DNA of 64,000 nucleotides from the human T2T-CHM13v2.0 reference genome, Homo sapiens: NCBI RefSeq assembly GCF_009914755.1, contig NC_060930.1. One strand, written 5' to 3'. The position numbers were made by a program, and so were the translations under genes. The first letter of the stretch is position 1, and each line of letters starts with the position of its first letter. The notes under the pieces were generated by a model. That model searched no databases. It was not told the origin of the DNA and saw only the letters and a program-made list of their open reading frames with translations. Below are positions 52,490-64,000 of this stretch, in pieces.

Positions 52490-53100
52490 AACTAGTCCAC
52501 ATGTCTAGAAAAGAGATTGATAGAACAGAGATATCAGAAATAAACCGAACTGTACATGATTAATTGGATTTCAATCAACTTGCAAAAGCCATTCAATAGA
52601 AAAAAGAAGTCTGTTTAACGAATAGTGATGGAAAGCTTAAATATCTATTTGGGGAAAAAAGGAAAGCAAAAATAAAGGCAGGAAGGAAGAATAAAAAAAG
52701 CATCTTTACAACCATGCCTCCTCATACCATACATAAATATTAACTCAAACAGATCATATTCCTAAATGTAAAATCTAAAAATTTTAGAAGAAAATGCAAT
52801 AGAAACTCTTCATGACTTGTGTTGGGCAAATATTTTTTTAAATATGACACACAAACATGATCCATAAAATAAAATTATAAATCAAACTCCATTAAAATTA
52901 AGAACTGTGTTTTAACAGACTATTTTAAGAAAATGAAAAGATAAACCACCGATCAAGTAAAAATATTTGCGAATCACATTTTTGATGAAGAACTTGTATT
53001 TAATATTTATATACATATTTATGATTCAAGTTTCAATCATAATAAAAATGAAAACCTATTCTAAATGAGAATTATTTAGACAAAGTTAATTATTTTCATG
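52490..53100 (+). mobile_element. Old L1M ORF2 fragment
   Basis: ctcataccatacataaatattaactcaaa, aaaatatttgcgaatcac. Confidence 0.6.
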
Positions 53101-53799
53101 TAATGGGAGAAGGAAAACATTAGAGTAGTCTTCCTCTAACAGTGTGCTATTTAGTCTAATTAGCCTATGAGCACTATAAATAAATATTTTTGCTAGTATT
53201 TCACTACTAATCTCTTACTTAGAAATAAGAACTCTTCATGTATCTTTCCATGAATTGGAAATATTCAGCCCAGCTTGAGATTTCCTCAGAATGCACAAAA
53301 ACAAAAAAAAAATTAAACGTCAGGGTTATGTCTAAAAAAGTATAAATATCATATGCATTAAGTACCTCAAGTACTTTGATAACATGCACTAAAAAGTTCA
53401 GATTTTACTTTGAATACTGCAAAAGACAAGAACTTGATATACAATGTAGAAAACATTTATTTTTAACAAAATGATTTGGGACATTTTAAGGAACATGCTG
53501 AAGAAAATGTACTTCTTATCTTTTATTAGCATGTGAGATAAATATAAGAAAATATTTATGAGATCATCCCAATGGAAAAAATGCATTCTAGCAAGATAGC
53601 AGAGCTAAAGTATGTGCCTAACAACATTATATCTGATGAAATAAACTGCACACAGGGGATTCTAATATGTATTTTATGGGAGGTTTGCTGAATGTCTGCA
53701 TTCTTTTTTGGCCAGATCAAATAGCAATGTTTCCCTTATGTCGTTTTTCCTCCACTTATTTTTGTATATATAAAATATTTATATGTGTAAAACATGTAC

Positions 53800-55570
53800 T
53801 ACGTATACAATCAGAAATATAACATTGTCAATACACTTTAAGTCCGTTAGGCTCTCATCCCCAATCTCTCCTCAAACTTTACCCCAGGGTACCCCAGGAT
53901 AAGTACTATTTTCAAACTTGTGCTTACCGTTCTGTTGCTTTATTACACAAAGGCAGTGAAGTGCGTAATTCTATAGTGCAAACCTTCATTAATCAAAACC
54001 TATGTATATTTTGATATAACCATAACACAGATTAATATATGGAACATTCTCATCACCCCAGAGACCACTTTTGTGCCTCCCCAGCCAGTCATAACCAAAT
54101 CAAATGCAAACATCATACTTCTTTCTATTACCATAAAGCACTGTTGCCTTTTCTTAATGTTTATATAAACAGAATCATATAGTAAATACTATTTTGTGTC
54201 TAATTTTGATGATTCATACAGTAAATACTATTCTGTATCTAATTTTTATGATTCTGGTTTTCAAAAAACATCCAAGCTGTTGCATTTTTGTGTAGTTTAT
54301 CCTTTTTCATTGCTACATCAGTTTCCATCGCGTGGTTACACTACAATGTGTTTGCCTATTCTACTACTCCTGGGCATGGGTTGCTTCCAGTTTGAAACTA
54401 CTTTGAATAAAGTTATTAGGAACATCATTGTACATGTCTTATTGGTAGCTAAATTAGTTTATATTTGGTTTTGTTGGATTTACACAAATAGACATTCTGG
54501 GTCATAGGGTAGGTGTATGTTCAGCTTTAGGAGACAGTGCCAAACAGTTTTCCAAATAGATTTATCAATTTGAACTCCCACCAGTAATATGTGAGAGTTC
54601 TGGCTGCTCCATAGTTTCTTCAAAACGTTCATTTTTTGAAAAAAACTTTTAGCCATCTGGTAGGTTTATAATGATATATCTTGTTGTAGTTTTAATTTGC
54701 ATTTGCCTAAAGATTGCTGTGATTTTGAGCAGATTTTTATGTTCATTATCCTTTCGAATATCCTCTTTTATGAAGTGCCTGCTTAAGTTCTTTACCCTTC
54801 CTTAAAATTAGCTTGTCTGAATTTTACTTAATGATTTGAAGCAGGCTTTTATACCTTCTGGATACCATTTTTTATTGGACTTATATATTGTAAATATCTT
54901 CCAGTCTGTAATTATTTTTTAATATCCTACTCATTCTTGATTCTCGGATTTTTTTTTCTGGACTTATTTTCTTTCTTAGAGTATACCCTTTAGATATCCT
55001 TTTACCAAGAATTCAATTGACTGTAAGCCCCTCTGTTTTTGTTCATCTATAAGAAGTTTTTTATTCTTATTTTTGAAAATCTTTTAACTGGATTAACAGT
55101 TCTCACTGGAGAGCTTTTTCCCTTGTCACCCCATCTTCCAGCTGTTGTATTAGGCTTACAAAAGTCAACTGTTTGTCCAATTGATGTCCAAGTCCTATTT
55201 TATATCCTCCTTCTGAAATTTCACCATGAGTTGTAAGGAAATTACTTCTTTATTCTTCTTGAAATATGCTGCTGTATTTCCTAAATCTGAAATTTTGTAT
55301 TATTTGTTATTCCTGGAAAGGTCTCAGACATCATCTCTTTGAATATTACTTCACTTCTGCCTTGCATCACTCTCTGAATTTCTCGTGCTCTTACTCTAAT
55401 TAAGTAAATATTCTGCCTTCTTAAACTCTTCTCAGTGTTTTTTAACACCTCTTTTCCACTGTCCTGTCTTTTCTTGCTGTATTCTGGGTAATTAATTAAG
55501 GTCTACCATCTCAGCAACTTTCTCTTCTATTGTGTCTAACCTGTTTTTTTTTTTTAGCTATCATATTAAT
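53800..55570 (-). mobile_element. Ancient L1ME-like fragments
   Basis: tgggttgcttccagtttg, ctgggtcatagggtagg, ttttaatttgcattt. Confidence 0.6.
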
Positions 55571-55573
55571 CAT

Positions 55574-55899
55574 TGTATTAGTCCATTTTCACTCTGCTGA
55601 TAAAGACATACCCGAGACTGGGCAAGTTACAAAAGAAAGTGGTTTATTGGATTTACAGTTCCATGTGGCTGTGGAGGCTTCACAATCATGGCAGAAGGTG
55701 AAAGGCACATCTCACATAGTGGCAGACAAGAGAAGAGAGCTTGTGCAGGGAAACTCTACTTTTTAAAACCATCAGATCTTGTGAGACGTATTCACTCTCA
55801 CGAGAACAGCATGGGAAAGACCTGCCCCCATGATTCAACACACACAACACGTGGGAATTCAAGATGAGATTTGGGTAGGGACACAGCCAAACCATATTT
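55574..55899 (-). mobile_element. THE1B-like solo LTR with a small internal deletion
   Basis: tgtattagtccattttcactctgctgataaagacatacccgagac..cagccaaaccatatt; 5-bp TSD atcat. Confidence 0.9.
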
Positions 55900-55931
55900 A
55901 TCATTTCTAGCACTTTGTGTTTATTTTGTAA

Positions 55932-56279
<348 letters not shown>

Positions 56280-56740
56280 TAGAATGAGTTTTAATTTCAC
56301 ATTGTCAATCAAAGATACAAGAAACAATAAGTAAACCAAACACTAAGTTTACTTAGCTTTAATAAGGGTATGAAGCAGATAGCAAGTACTATGTGGGGCA
56401 AGAAAATCCTGGAGGGCTCAGACACCAAGCTGCAGCTTCCTGTGTACCCAATCATTGCACTGTTCTCAAGAAATGACAAGAATATGTTGAATGAGGGTCA
56501 CATCAGCAAACACAAACTACAGGGACTAGGGCCCCATAGCTTAAGTACCTTGCTAGTCACCTAAAAGGGTATGTATCTAGCTCTCATTCTTTATTAACAC
56601 TTTGGCACATTAATAACAGAATAAATAATAAACTAAACCTTGCAAAAATACAAGATGTGGTCATATGGATAAAAATTTTAAGATTCTGGTGAGCTAAGGA
56701 AGCTAGGATATCTCCTCAGACAAAGAACAGGTTATTGCAC

Positions 56741-57099
56741 TATATTTGTTCTGGGCTGCTGTGACAAAATACCTCAGACTGGGTAATTTATAAAGAACAG
56801 AAATTTATTGCTCACCATTATGGAGGCTAAGAAGTCTAAGATCAAGGTACCAGAAGATTTGAGGTCTGGTCAGGGCTTGCTTTGTTTCAAAGATGGCACC
56901 TCTTGCTGCATCCTTACATGGCAGGAGGGAGCAAGGACACTCCCTTCAACCTCTTTTGTAAGAGAACCAATCCTGTCCCTGAGAATAGAGCCATCATGAC
57001 TTAATTACTTCTTAAAAGGCCCGTCTTTTAATATTATCACATTGAGTATTGGTTTCCAACATATGAATTTTGGAAGACACCGACATTTAGACCATAGCA
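56741..57099 (-). mobile_element. MSTD/MLT1A-type MaLR solo LTR
   Basis: gggctgctgtgacaaaatacctcagactgggtaatttataaag..ttagaccatagca. Confidence 0.8.
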
Positions 57100-57119
57100 T
57101 GTCCTTTACACCTCTTTCC

Positions 57120-58800
57120 ACTAAGACAGCATTTAGTAAGGCTTTTGGGGTTGGGTAGGCAGCATATGCCACACTTGAATATACTGCTCTGAATCATGTA
57201 TGAGGTAACGCAAATGACTGACAGTTTTGTATGGGGCCCAGAGGAAGGCGGGCTGATATGGGAGGTCAAGTCTGTGGTTACAGCAAACTTGCACCTCTGC
57301 CATATTACTTGAAAGATCTGTGGTACTGTGGGTATCTAGATATATAGCTGATGGGCGTCTAATAGATAAAGATAGTGTATGAAACCTCTGGCAAGCTCCA
57401 ATAGGAGAATTACTGTGCAATCCTTGGAACATGGCCATGACATTTTATCACAGAACTACACAATATTTGAAAAGCTGCTGCCAACATGCTACTTTACCAA
57501 GTAGGAGACTGATATATGACAATAGAACATTGTATAATCATATGACTGAAACTGCCCTCTTGAGCTAGTTGCTATCAGACACAGGAATTCATAAGATCAA
57601 GTAAGCCCAGCAGCAGCACTTTGCAAGATAGAAGCAGCACATACAAGACTGGGGTGGAGCAGGTCCAGATGATACAAATGAGCTGTGCCAATGAGTGACT
57701 GATGAAGCACACAAGGCACTCACCCACATTGTTGTACCTGCACTTTTTATTCGGCTTACACTTCCAGAGCTCATGGTGAGGTTCTCTGTAAACAACTAAT
57801 AAAATGAAGTGGATCCATTCATGTATGGGTCAACTTAGTATATTAGCAGAGGCCCAAATGGATTACTGTTGCACTAGAGCCTCACTTAGGAGTGGGTCTG
57901 AAAGACAATGGTGAAGTGAAATCCTCCCAGTGGACAGAGTTGCATGCATCTGGTTGTCCACTTTGTGTGTAAAGGGAAAAATGGCCTGCAATCAAGATAA
58001 ACATAAACTCCTTGGCAAGTGGCTTTAATAGCAAATGACTTAGCTGGTTAGTCAAATACTTGGATTCAGATAGAGTTGAATATCATGGATAAAAATACCT
58101 GCAGAAGAGGATGACTACACCTATGAAAATGGGGAAAAGGTATGAAAATTTTATATAGCAAATTGGTGTTCATCACAGAACATCTGTACTATAAAATCAA
58201 TTAGACATGTTGACTTAATCAGTAGATATCAACTAGTCTCTGTCCTTATTCACCCCAGTACTTGCACAATGGACTCATGAGTGGAGTAACCATGATGGCA
58301 GATATTACTGTAAGTCATGGGCCAACAGCATGAACCATTTCTCACAAAGGCTGATCTAGTTACTGTTACTGTTGAAGCTTCAATTTGCCTGTCACAAAGA
58401 CCAATGGTGTTTGGCCCTCTCCCTGATAAGTTACCATCCATTGAAGAAACAACCTAGTCAGTTGGTAAGAATTTTATTACACTGAATCCCTTTCATCCAA
58501 GAAGAATCTATGCTTTCTCATAACTGAAATTGAAATATACTCCAGGTATTAGTTTACTTTTCCTTTCCACAGTGCCTCAGCCAGCACCGCCACAGAGGGG
58601 TCACAGAATTTCTGTTCTCCCAACATGATATCCTGTGTAATATCATCTCAGACCAGGTGACACAATTTGTCACAAGGGAGATGCAACAGTGGGATATACC
58701 TATGGGACTCATTTGTTGTATCATAGGGTACACAATTTGGAACCTGCTGGCCTCTTGGATTTGGAACAAATTTTCGAAGGTTCAGCTGAGGGATCAACAC
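57120..58800 (+). mobile_element. ERVL (HERV16-like) degenerate pol: RT end, RNase H, integrase
   Basis: Motif remnants RQHMPHL, LWQAPIGEL, FEKLL, LKDNGEVKSSQWTEL, ISDQVTQF; many stops and frameshifts. Confidence 0.75.
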
Positions 58801-58819
58801 AGTAGTATAATCCATGCTC

Positions 58820-59011
58820 CAGGGTACCCTTAGGATCAGGCTGGAAAGATTAGGTTGGAGTTCTTATGAAACCATGTATTTATCTAGATCCTTCTCCTAT
58901 CCTGCTGACTTCTTCCACTTCCATACAGATTTCTCCTAAGAACACTCCAATAAACCACTGAACGAGTATCTTCCCCCTTAACCTGTGCTTCTAGGGAACC
59001 TGAGCTAAGAT
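58820..59011 (+). mobile_element. LTR16-like 3' LTR fragment
   Basis: ctccaataaacc..tgcttctagggaacctgagctaagata. Confidence 0.65.
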
Positions 59012-59169
59012 AACAAGGACTAGATGAGTATTTGTCATGGCACATAAGAGTGGAAGTGGGAAAGAAAGAAAACTCAAAGAAGAAAAGATGCAAGACTCCA
59101 AAACTAAAAAACCTTGATGTAATATTTTATATATAATTTAGAACATATATATATTATAAAATAAAAACA

Positions 59170-59400
59170 CATAAATGCATTGAGGACTTACTTTTTCTCA
59201 GACAAAGCTCCAAGCACTTTACATCTATACATTCATCAAATTATCACAACAACTCTACAATGTAGAGTCTATTTTAGTCCCTATTTTACATATATGTAGG
59301 AATTTGAAGCAGAAGGAGGCTCACAAACTTATCCAAGGCAACCCAGTAAACAGGGAGTCAGTATTCAGACCTGGGCAGTCTGGCTTGAGTTCTCATATTC
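59170..59400 (-). mobile_element. MIR SINE
   Basis: tcacaacaactct..cctattttaca..acttatccaagg..ggcagtctggct. Confidence 0.65.
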
Positions 59401-59409
59401 CTAACTTTA

Positions 59410-60560
59410 ATCAGTTCATTCAGCAAACACATATTGAGTGCCAGATATATGCCAGACACTATTCTAAGTGTCTGGGTGTAGTGCAGAAACCAATAAGAAA
59501 TCCTGCCTTCAGGGGGTTTACAGTCTAGTGTAAAGGAGACAGAAAAGAAACAAGACATGTAAAAGATATAGCTTGTTAGATAGAATAAACTATTATGGAG
59601 AAAATTAAGGCAGGGAAGGAGATAGAAAGACCAATAAGAGTTGAGGTTACAGTTTGAGATAGGGTGGCCAGAGCAAGGCACATTGAGAAGGTAATATGTG
59701 GATAAAGCCTAAAGGAAGTAAGGGAGTGACCTGTGTGGAGAGGAGAGCAAAAAGTGTTCCAGGCAGGGAGAACAGCAAATGCAAAGGCCTCAGGGTAGGA
59801 ATAGCCCTGGCATGGTTGATGAATAATGGTGTATTAGTCCATTCTTACACTGCTAATAAAGGTATACCCAAGACTGGGTAATTTATAAAGGAAATAGGTT
59901 TAATTGACTCACAGTTCAGCATGGCTGGGGAGGCCTCAGGAAATTTATAATCATGGCAGAAGGGGAAGCAAACACGTCCTTCTTCACATGGTGGCAGCAA
60001 GAAGTGCCAAGCAAAAGTGGAAAAAGCCTTTATAAAAGCCATCAGATCTCATGAGAACTCACTCACTATCAGGGGAACAGCATGGGGGAAACTGTCCCCA
60101 TGACTCAATTACCTCCCACCAGGTCCCTCCCATGACACATGGGGATTATGGGAACTACAATTCAAGACGAGATTTAGATGGGGACACATCCAAACCATAT
60201 CAAATGGGAAGGTCAGCATGACTTGAGCAAAACGAATAGGAAGAGTACAGAGAGAGAATGGGAATGTATTGTGCACACCTTTCTAGATCATTTTAGGAAT
60301 TTTGGCTTTTACTCTGAATGAGGTAGGACATGACTGTGGTGTGTAATAATAGCACATATTTTAATGAGATCATTCTGGTTCTCACAATCAGAATAGATTG
60401 ATAGGTAGCAAGGGCAGGAACAGGAAGAATTGTTACAGGGTTTTTGCAATAATCCAACAGAGATGACTGAAGTTTGGACCACAGCAGTAGAAGTAGAAGC
60501 AGTCAGAAGTGTTATAGTTGTGGAAATATTTTCATGGTAAAATCAAAAGAATATTTTTAT
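59410..60560 (-). mobile_element. L2 3' part, interrupted by THE1
   Basis: cattcagcaaacacatattgagtg; gttccaggcagggagaacagcaaatgcaaaggcc; tttggcttttactctga. Confidence 0.8.
59830..60202 (-). mobile_element. THE1D-like solo LTR
   Basis: tgtattagtccattctt..caaaccatatca; perfect 5-bp TSD aatgg. Confidence 0.92.
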
Positions 60561-63229
60561 TCTATTGGATTTCATTTTTAGTAGTCCAGCCTACCGGGGT
60601 TATAATTAGATCCTAATTCTGACTCTCCCCAGCGTTTTACATGTTATCATCTTCCTTTTAGAGGCAACTTGAACCAAGAACCTTTGGTTAAACACCTAAA
60701 AGTCTCATTATATGTTGACTCTAATCTTAAAGAGTTTTTCTATTAAAATCCTGGATGTAAGAGTTGAGCTAGCCCATCTCAACAATCACATTTTCCTCTT
60801 TCCATTTCTCACTCCTTTCTGACAGCCTTTTCCAAAACTGCTTGACTGATTCAATTAGGAAGAGGCCAATATTAATAATTGGTAGTTTTGGCACCTATCT
60901 ATGCAGCTTGGCCATGCTGTGAAATTTGGTCATTATGACTGAGCTCAGCACTGTAAGTCCATAGGGGATGGAGAGGGCAGGGAGGACAATCTCCCTCCTC
61001 ATGGCTTTTTTAGCACAAGCAGCCCCCTCCTTAGTGAACAATTTATTTCAATTCTAGTTAAAGAATATTTTAACTTAATCGTTACAGGAAGATAGTTATT
61101 CTAGAGTTAAACATAGAAGAGAACACATACAAATAAAAATTAGGAAGTTTATTTTCAACCTTCCCAAATCTCCAATAGGTGAGCATGAAGTTTATTACAC
61201 TTTTCAATATCAAGACAACTGGAAACACAGTATGTGAAAGGACTTATATTTAGAAATGTTATATATGATTTCTATTAGAAAGCCCTTGATAATTTACAAC
61301 CAAAGTAAGATATGCATTCTCTTAATTTTCTAATCAAAGAATGGTAGTTACTAAAAGTACAAATTTAATTGTTCTCAAATTCCAAACAAAAATATTAATT
61401 ATTCACTATTGTTTGAAAAATAACAAATTATATGAGTCTAAAAACACCTATGGTGCAGTTTGTCAAGGCTGTTAGGTTAAGATTCGCTGTGGCCTTCAAT
61501 AACCAAATGTGGGTCTTAGAAAAGTTTCTGTTCTTATCTGCACAAACAGGCAAAATAAATAAAAGAAAAACTGTCCCATAAAACTTTAGACATTGTAGAT
61601 AAGAAATGATATTACCACAATCAAATCACTAAGCAATTTTTAGGACACTAGAAATCAGGATTCATTGTTACTTAGAAAAAATGTAAGGTAAAGTAAGCTT
61701 AATCAGAATATAAACATTGAAAAAACTCTAATTTTTTTTGTTCTAAAGTTGACTCACAATTTATTGTCTTCAGAAACACTTTGGTACAAAATCAACAAAT
61801 TTCTCCACAAAACATAAAATAATTATGAGATAGGATGTTAGCTAACAAATTTTGTACAGAGTATGATCTATGGATGAAGTTCAAGCATTACTATTAAATT
61901 CCTATGTAACATTAACCAGATAGCCTGTCTCTTCATTTTGTTAAAGGAAAAATAATATTGTTCCTGTATACTTAATACATAATAAGATAAATTATTAAAA
62001 TGTGAGAGCCCTTAAAGTAATTTTTATAGATGGTACAACTATAAGAGCATCATTCTGATGTATACTAATTAAGAATCACTTTGGTTTCTTGTCAGCCAAA
62101 TTTATTATATTACAATTTTATTGTCTTTTTCTTTCCATCAAATATTATGATTAACTAGATAATTTTCCTACAATCCTAAGAAACATTCATCTAAAGAATT
62201 ATCTGGTACATAGCACATAGAATATTAAGACATCGTCTCAGAAATCTGGTGAAATTTCAGTCATGAGCTTGTTGTTGGGTCATAGAAGAGAAGGTTATGG
62301 AAAACTCCTATGACTCTCAATGGCTTTGGCTGTTGGAATTCAAACATATTTATGACACAGCGTATTTTGTAAATACACTGTGAATGTGAAATCAAACTCC
62401 TTTCCATAGTTCCAAGGGATTTGGATAAGAAACCTGAACATTTTAAATCAGTCAGATATAATTATTTTTCTGTAAGTTAGTCTTGTTAGGAATGATGATA
62501 GCACTAAAAAATGGCAAAACAAATTCTGGAAAAAAAAGAAAATATTTGGTGGCTTTTATCCTATTTCAGACTGGTTTTACTCAGAAACTGAAATACAGAA
62601 TTATTTCCCAATTACTTAGTTGTTGGTAGTAGAAATAAGAATCTGAAAAAATGTGCAAGTTAAATAAATACGTCCTAAAGAACAACAACACAATGCCTAC
62701 AGATTTAGACACAACAGAATAGACTATATGAATTCTATATCATAGTTTTCTGTAAGTTTTATCTGTTAAAAGTTTTAAGGTTGTTCTTTCCTTTGCAGCG
62801 ATGAATCAAGTTTCTTCTGGAGTCCATTGGGGAATACTCGTTTTTCAGCTAGAAGGCTAGCTTCTTTTTTCACTGCAACATTTATGTTTGCTGCCTAAGT
62901 GGCTTCTGTCACATCTTGTTATTTTTGATGTTTTTCATTTTTGAATGTTTCTATAAATAAAAAAAGAAGGGTTTATCAGAAATAAGTATTGAAAATAACC
63001 AGAAAGGAAACTGCCTGCTTTCAAATACTGTCGACACTCACATGCATATGGTTTTTGAGAAACGGTTGGAAGCAAAGCAGAAAGAGCCAGCAAAATAAAG
63101 AAAAAAAAAAAAGAAACAGAAGAAAGTAAGCTTTTCACTCTTCAGAAACAAGGTAGATACTTGTATGAGGTAGGAGATAATAGCTTACATGTATAAAGTG
63201 TTTTTCCGTGGACAAAATGCTTTTCTTTG

Positions 63230-63400
63230 CGTTTCAGTTCATCCTTATAACAACTCTATCATATGGGTAATGTAAGGTAGAAAACTGAGGCCTCAGTGAA
63301 GTTGAGACCTGCCCAGCAATCACATAGCTAGTAAGAAGATGAAGCTGATTGTGTCTAAAAATGTCTGTTTCCAGACTCAACAGGCTTTGGCTGTGGCACT
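63230..63400 (-). mobile_element. MIR SINE
   Basis: gaaaactgaggcctcag..cacatagctagtaag. Confidence 0.65.
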
Positions 63401-63857
63401 ATGCCTCCTGAATAGAATGCAAGCCTATTGGAGTTCTAAGAACTACAGAGGAGGAAAAAGGTACCTAATAATTGTTAAACTGAAGAAAAATCAACAGGCC
63501 TCCAGCATAAGCTGTACTATCTAAAGCTCCTAGTTAACATGTACACATACCTGGCATTGAGACAACATCATGTCAGACTCTCAAATAAAGCAAGCTACGC
63601 TACGAATAGGAATTGTGCCTATCTTCAGGCAAGACACTTTATTCCTTTCTACTATGGCTTTATGGAGCGCGATGGATGGGTAATTAAAAGAAGCCCTAAA
63701 AGTAAGCACTACAAGTGGTCAAGAGGAACAGAAAACCAGAAATCTCTCTGACCCTCCCCTGCTTCTATTGTATTAGAGGTTAGTTAAGTGCTAACTGCCA
63801 GGACCTGGAGAGAAAGTCTCTGTTGGTCTTCCTTCTGAGCACTCAATAGCCTATAAC

Positions 63858-64000
63858 TGCCTGCCTCCCTCCCTCCTTCCCTCCCTCCCTCCCTTCCTTC
63901 TTTCCTTCCTCCCTCCCTCCCTCCCTTCCTTCCTCCTTCCTTCCATTTGTTTTCCTTCCCTTCTTCTCCTCTCCCACTTTCCCTCACTTTCTTCTTTTTT
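63858..64000. repeat. Polypyrimidine (CCCT/CCTT)n low-complexity repeat
   Basis: Directly visible. Confidence 0.92.

Noticed and set aside
62781-63156. Possible exon (ttctttcctttgcag acceptor, caag|gtagat donor)
   Set aside because: No ORF or homology; such motifs occur often by chance.

Overview
AT-rich, repeat-dominated primate genomic DNA. It is most likely human, because it carries an AluYa5-lineage insertion. I see no intact protein-coding gene, RNA gene or CRISPR array; nearly all ORFs in the track come from L1, Alu or LTR elements. The main non-repeat feature is a rearranged processed pseudogene of TBL1XR1 (~7020-13512). It has the long 3'UTR and C-terminal CDS on the minus strand, an N-terminal CDS piece inverted onto the plus strand, a 39-nt L1 snippet and a third WD40 piece on the minus strand, and it is fused head-to-head to an L1PA6-like 3' end. 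The L1 snippet shares two non-consensus bases with that adjacent L1, which suggests one insertion built from two RNAs by repeated template switching. Other notable items: an L1PA3/4 with the exact spliced 5'UTR junction of a SpIRE97/622, an old L1 whose 5' end joins directly to ORF2, an L1 with a short 3' transduction, a two-LTR MLT1A-type provirus, an ERVL pol remnant and a probably polymorphic young Alu. I found no evidence for a new enzymatic system; the novelty is in the retrotransposition architecture. Subfamily names and TBL1XR1 residue numbers come from remembered consensus sequences, not from a database search.
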